Shown here piece after piece: positions 59,440 to 64,000 of a DNA stretch of 64,000 nt. Numbering within the stretch: position 1 is the first letter of the stretch; each line of letters opens with the position of its first letter. Under the pieces are notes generated by a model. That model was given only the letters and a program-made list of their open reading frames with translations, was not told the DNA's origin and ran no database searches. Made by a program: the position numbers and the translations under genes. This DNA is from an uncultured delta proteobacterium (GTDB lineage: Bacteria > Desulfobacterota > WTBG01 > CAIYCZ01 > CAIRTM01). The stretch is taken from the NCBI GenBank assembly GCA_963804955.1, contig CAWDSQ010000014.1, forward strand, positions 192,001 to 256,000. Direction: 5' to 3'.

Positions 59440-61108
59440 TTAGTCAGCAAAACTCTCCGGCACCCGGTACAGGCCGCCCGACTGCTCCACAAGCTCGCCA
59501 AGTGACTGTGCGGCAAGCCTGTCGCGCGTGGCATCTTTCACATTGACACCAATATCTTCAGGGTACTGCACAAGGCCGAGCTCCCGCAGCTCGCCGATTT
59601 TGTTTGCGTCAACCAATTGGCCCAGCGGCGCATCACCCGCCACGGCGCAGATACAGGCGCTCCGCTCTTCAAGGTCTTTGCACCGGTAGAGATGGGCAAT
59701 GCCGATATCCGTTACGATATGCGAAAGATCCTGCCCGTAGATCATCACCGGCGGCAGGGGCAGATGCGCTTTTTCGGCAAGCTCCCAGGCGCTCAGCTTT
59801 TCGACAAAGGTAGGCCTCTGCGGGTTGCGGCATGACTGTACAATCTGAACGATCAGGCGCTTGCCCACGGGCATGGGTCCGTTGAGCAGCGGATTTAATG
59901 CATACTTTCGGCCCATTTCAAGCCAGGCCTTTGTATGGTGTCTGCGGCCCGGCGCTTGTGCGCCCATATTGGGCGCGCCGCCGAAACCCACGATGCGGTC
60001 GGCGGTGGCAGTTGAGCTGTTGCCCCACTGGTCGATTTCAAGGGTTGAGCCGATGAACATGTCAACAGCATAATGACCTGCAAGCTGGGCAAAAGCCCGG
60101 TTTGAGCGCAGTGAGCCGTCGGGGCCGATGGCGAAAACATCAGGCCGCGCCGCAACATAATCCTCCATGCCCTTCTCGGAGCCGAAGCAGTACACGGCCT
60201 GCACCCACCCGGCTTCAATGGCCGGTATCAGGGTAGGATGCGGGTTTAAAACCCAGTGCGTGCAGATTTTGCCTTTCAATCCCAGCTCTTTGCCATAGGT
60301 GGGCAGCAGCAGCTCGATAGCTGCCGTGTCAAACCCGATGCCGTGATTAAGCGACCGAACCCCGCAGGGCCCGTAAATGCCCTTAATAGCCATCATGGCC
60401 ATAAGTATGCTCTTGTGCGTTATCTTCGCCGGATCACGCGTGAAAAGCGCCTCCTGGTAAAATGGCTCTGCGGTGGGCACGATATAGTCGACCCAGTCTG
60501 CAGGAATATCCACACGCGGAAGTTTTTCCATTGTTTCATTGACCTGAGCGATCACAATGCCCTGCTTGAACTTCGTGGCCTCGGCGATGGCGGGCGTGTC
60601 TTCGGTATTGCCGCCGGTGAAGAGATTCCCGGCTGCATCTGCTGCATGGGCCGCAATGAGTGCTACGCGCGGCTGCAAATCAAGAAAGTAGCGCGAATAC
60701 AGCTCCACATAGGTATGAATGGCCCCCAGCTCTATCTTGCCTTTGACCACCATATCGGCAAAACGTTTGCTCTGGCTGCCGGCATACGACAGATCGATTT
60801 TGCGGGCAATGCCTTTTTCGAAAATATCGAGATGCTCGGGCAGGCTCAGGGTGGACTGCAGGATATGCAGATTATTTATTTTACGGGGATCAACGGCTGC
60901 AAGGGCTTGCGATAATACCTGCGCATGCTTCTGGTTGGTGCCCTCGATGCAGACCCTGTCGCCCGGCTCAAGCACAGCTTCAAAAAATTTGACCGCATCT
61001 TCCTCGCAGAACGATCTTGCCCGATACAGGCACCGATGCCGCTACGCGTTTATGCCGCGCCTGCGTGTTGTCGCCAATGGTGGTCCATGAATGCTGTTGT
61101 GGTTTCAC
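59440..61108 (-). CDS. mdcA: Malonate decarboxylase alpha subunit (acetyl-S-ACP:malonate ACP transferase), frameshift near 61005
   Basis: PGDRVCIEGTNQK, NHGIGFDTAAIELLLPTYG, LNPHPTLIPAIE, GFGGAPNMG; N-terminus in adjacent frame from GTG 61108. Confidence 0.9.
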
Positions 61109-61172
61109 TGTAGGACTTTCCGGTTTTTGGTTTCTTCTGGCGTGTATGCCCCCAGCAGGTTTATGTTCCGCC

Positions 61173-61201
61173 ATAGGGGCGGGTTTGAAACCCGCCCCTA
61201 C
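61173..61201 (-). repeat. GTAG-type REP next to the RAYT 3' end
   Basis: GTAGGGGCGGGTTTCAAACCCGCCCCTA perfect hairpin. Confidence 0.85.
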
Positions 61202-61222
61202 AACCTTCACCAAAACACTTAA

Positions 61223-61796
61223 TCACCGGTTCTCTTCATCTTCCTGCCAGTTGGCAGGATTGTTGATAACATATTCGCGGATGCGGCTCAAATCGTCATC
61301 ATCCCGGATCACGTGTTCATAATAATTGCGCTGCCATACCGGCATGCCGGACGTTTGGCGGATTTCGTTAACGCGTTTTGATGAAACCGTTTTGAATGCA
61401 CCAATGGTCAACCGACCCGAAGAGGTTTTGCGAATTTCGCCTTCTAGGGGCACGATGCATCGTGCCTCTTGTTTTGTATCGGTTGTATTTCGGCACGAGC
61501 ATCGGCCCCTACAATCCCGGATTTCCAAAATTCCATGAAAATGGTTCGGCATTACGACTACATTCATCCAATGCAATATAATCATATTGCTCTGCCAGCC
61601 ATGTCCACGCATTCCGCACAATCGTACCCGCATCATTCAACACCATTACGCCATCGACGATTTCCCCAAACAGACATGCGTGCTCATGCGAGCATATCGT
61701 CAAAAAATACATGCCTGCCTGTGCATAATCATACCCATGCAGGCGAATGGACCGACGGTGATGGATTTCAGCATTATATGTCGCAGTATCGGGCAT
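61223..61796 (-). mobile_element. REP-associated tyrosine transposase (RAYT, Y1 HUH family), frameshift near 61560
   Basis: RRSIRL.GYDY...YFLTIC, MPNHFHGI (HUH), WQRNYYEHVIR, YVINNP. Confidence 0.92.
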
Positions 61797-62037
61797 GTAT
61801 CTGTATCGTACTATATTTTATTGTGCCGGGTTAAGCAAACGCTCATAGATAGCTGTGGCATTTTCGTGGTCGATTATTGAGTTTTTTAACAACAAATGCA
61901 ATCTGCTTTTCTGTGAAAGTTTTAAAAAAGGCGCTTTTTGATCCCCCTCTGCAAGGGAGAATAAGCCCGCAGTCCGCAGTCACTGGCTTTTTAGGAACTT
62001 TGTGGTATGATTGCCGAACAAAAAGCACTAGAGAAAG

Positions 62038-62990
62038 ATGGTGGCTATGATCGACGAAATCCAATGGGCAGAGTTGTGCGTGACTGTCCGCAAACAGTAT
62101 GCGGAGGCAGTGGCGGAGTTTCTGATCGAAGAGGGGTCCAGCAATGGCATCGTTGAGGAAAAATCTCCCGCCGACAAAGATACCGTCATTTTAAAAGCAT
62201 ATATAAAAAATGATGCCGAACGCGACGGCTATGTTAACCGCGTTGCCGACTTCGTGGCAGGACTCTTTGCCGCCGCGGGCGATGTTGAATCAGTGCCCGC
62301 CATCGCCGTGAACCTCATACCGGATGAAGATTGGAACAAGAAGTGGAAATCATTTTTTCAGCCCCTCAAAATTACCGACCGGATCGTTATCAAGCCGTCA
62401 TGGAAGAACTATCACCCCCTGGAGGGCGAGATCATCGTTGAGCTTGATCCGGGCATGGCCTTCGGAACAGGCACGCACCCCTCAACCAGCATGTGCCTGA
62501 AAGTGATCGACGAGCTTGAGGTCAAGCTTGCTCCACGGGCAGCCTGCGCATGCTCGATGTGGGCACGGGCTCGGGCATTCTTGCCATAGCAGCGGCAAAG
62601 CTCGGCTTTACCGAGGTGGTGGGCGTTGATGTCGACCAGGTTGCTGTTCGCGTGGCGCAGAAAAATGCAGAAATAAACGGCGTGGCTGATGAGGTGGCGT
62701 TCAGCAATACGCCCCTCAGGATGCTTGAAGGGCAGTATCCTGTGGTGGTGGCAAATATTCTGCCCCATGTTCTTATCTATCTGAAGGACCATCTGATGGC
62801 GCGGCTTGAGGCCCATGGCTTTCTCATTCTTTCCGGAATTCTGATTGAGAAGGCGCAGGAGGTTAAAAACGCCTTTGCCCTCGACCTGCATTTTTTCAAG
62901 GAACTGCACGAAGAGCAGTGGGCCTGCCTGGTGTTTCAGAAGATTAGATCAGAACGAAAATTGTTTTTTTGCAGGTGGGTTAAGCCCTGA
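62038..62990 (+). CDS. prmA: 50S ribosomal protein L11 methyltransferase (frameshift near 62545)
   Basis: DWNKKWK.FF, LDPGMAFGTGTHPST, then LDVGTGSGILAI, VANIL, LSGIL. Confidence 0.93.
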
Positions 62991-63137
62991 AGAAACCGTT
63001 GGGTTTCGTGCCACAATCCAGTTTAAGCAAACTTAAATCCATGCAAAGAAGCACCTGCATAAGGGCAAACCCAACAAACCATGGCTTAGGGGATGTGCAG
63101 GTTGTCGATAACGTTTCGACTCCCACGTCTTAAGCGG

Positions 63138-63548
63138 TCATGGTTCAAGGCGTTTTATTTTTCCGACCCGAGATATATGCTTTTTGTCAAAAGAATATAT
63201 ATCGGATATGTGCAGGGTGTCCATAAGAGCAGCAATATAGGCGTCAACAAAATCAATATTCAGCCCCGCATACATCGGCAGGGCTTTGGCTATGACAGCC
63301 TTATTGGTAACGTGAAGGCCCGGAGTGGCCAGGATGGCGCTTATCATAGGTGCGACCGAGGTGTTTTTTAGTCCATATGCTGATTCAAGCACCCAGACAA
63401 CTTCGGCAATTACCATCTCAGCGGTCGTAAGCTTTAGTTTGCCCGCAGCCGCATCCTCCAGAAGCGCCTCCACTTTGTCAGCCTTTTTAGGATCGTCGTT
63501 GGTGAGATACCGGATAAAAAGGTTCGTATCGATAAAACAGGTTTTCAT
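63138..63548 (-). CDS. PIN-domain toxin (VapC family)
   Basis: FIDTNLFIRYL, AEVVWVL, DFVDAY, YSFD. Confidence 0.92.
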   Translation of the reverse strand: MKTCFIDTNLFIRYLTNDDPKKADKVEALLEDAAAGKLKLTTAEMVIAEVVWVLESAYGLKNTSVAPMISAILATPGLHVTNKAVIAKALPMYAGLNIDFVDAYIAALMDTLHISDIYSFDKKHISRVGKIKRLEP

Positions 63549-63790
63549 CGCATCTCATCCATCACCCGTTGAGCCACGGCAGCCCTGGCGGATTTTTTCT
63601 CATCGGCAATAGACGTTTTTCGCTTCGGCTTTACCGCTCCACGCAGATCTTTCAAGGTTTTAAGGGGCATAAGCACAATTTTTTCCCCTTCCCGCTCAAA
63701 ATCCACTTTATCATTGGGCCGTATGCCGAAGGCATCCCGGATGCCCTTGGGGATTGTCACCTGTCCCTTGGTGGTTACTTTTGCCAGCAT
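63545..63790 (-). CDS. AbrB/MazE family antitoxin
   Basis: KVTTKGQVTIPK.IR...GI; overlaps the toxin start. Confidence 0.93.
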   Translation of the reverse strand: MLAKVTTKGQVTIPKGIRDAFGIRPNDKVDFEREGEKIVLMPLKTLKDLRGAVKPKRKTSIADEKKSARAAVAQRVMDEMR

Positions 63791-63808
63791 GGTCGTACCT
63801 CCATTATG

Positions 63809-63849
63809 TTTCTTACTTTAAGAATAGGTAAGAAATTATGAATTGTCAA
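63809..63849 (-). promoter_or_regulatory. TA operon promoter with autoregulatory inverted repeat
   Basis: TTGACA-17 nt-TATTCT; TTTCTTAC-N11-GTAAGAAA straddles the -10. Confidence 0.75.
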
Positions 63850-64000
63850 TACTATTCCTTGCCGCTCTGTTTGGTTGAGAGCATTTAACATTTTTTTGTA
63901 GCCACGAAATAGAGACGTTCGTGGTGAGCCGCTCCCTACTACGTAAGCCAGAACTCAATCCCGCAATTTTAAAGTGAAAATTTACTTAATCTGACAGAGT

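Noticed and set aside
1..64000. CRISPR array, rRNA, prophage or integrase
   Set aside because: No regularly spaced repeat-spacer array, rRNA-like sequence, phage genes or tyrosine/serine recombinase seen

Overview
64-kb chromosomal window, most likely from an anaerobic deltaproteobacterium (Desulfobacterota-like, inferred from gene content: NIF-type nifU-nifS-cysE, tungsten-type AOR + MoaD, PPi-PFK, bacteriohemerythrin, several sigma-54 systems). A GC-richer backbone (two-component pair, yajC-secD-secF, moeA, aspS; ccp, dciA-like, fmt, macrodomain, nifUS-cysE, aminotransferase, CoA-disulfide reductase-rhodanese, ferredoxin, pfp, tRNA-Arg(CCG), aor, mdcA, RAYT, prmA, vapBC) is interrupted by two visibly AT-richer blocks: ~10.6-31.7 kb and ~47.2-54.5 kb (surface glycosylation genes next to the tRNA 3' end). 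Many backbone genes carry small frameshifting indels, probably assembly errors. The main candidate discovery is the 11.5-31.1 kb co-oriented cluster. It has a one-polypeptide PAS-kinase-receiver-sigma54 activator, a UAS/IHF/-24/-12 promoter and an MMPL-DUF1302-DUF1329-YCF48 envelope transport module. Its enzymes repeatedly belong to tetrapyrrole-handling folds: an exported ferrochelatase-like lipoprotein, a ferredoxin-dependent bilin reductase/RCCR-like protein, a flavin reductase fused to a PCP_red (BchB/ChlB C-terminal) domain, a split-barrel PNPOx-like protein, an atypical SDR and an Fe-S Old Yellow Enzyme. I infer a possible anaerobic uptake and breakdown pathway for (bacterio)chlorophyll/heme-derived tetrapyrroles. 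All family assignments are by motif recognition by eye; no searches were run.
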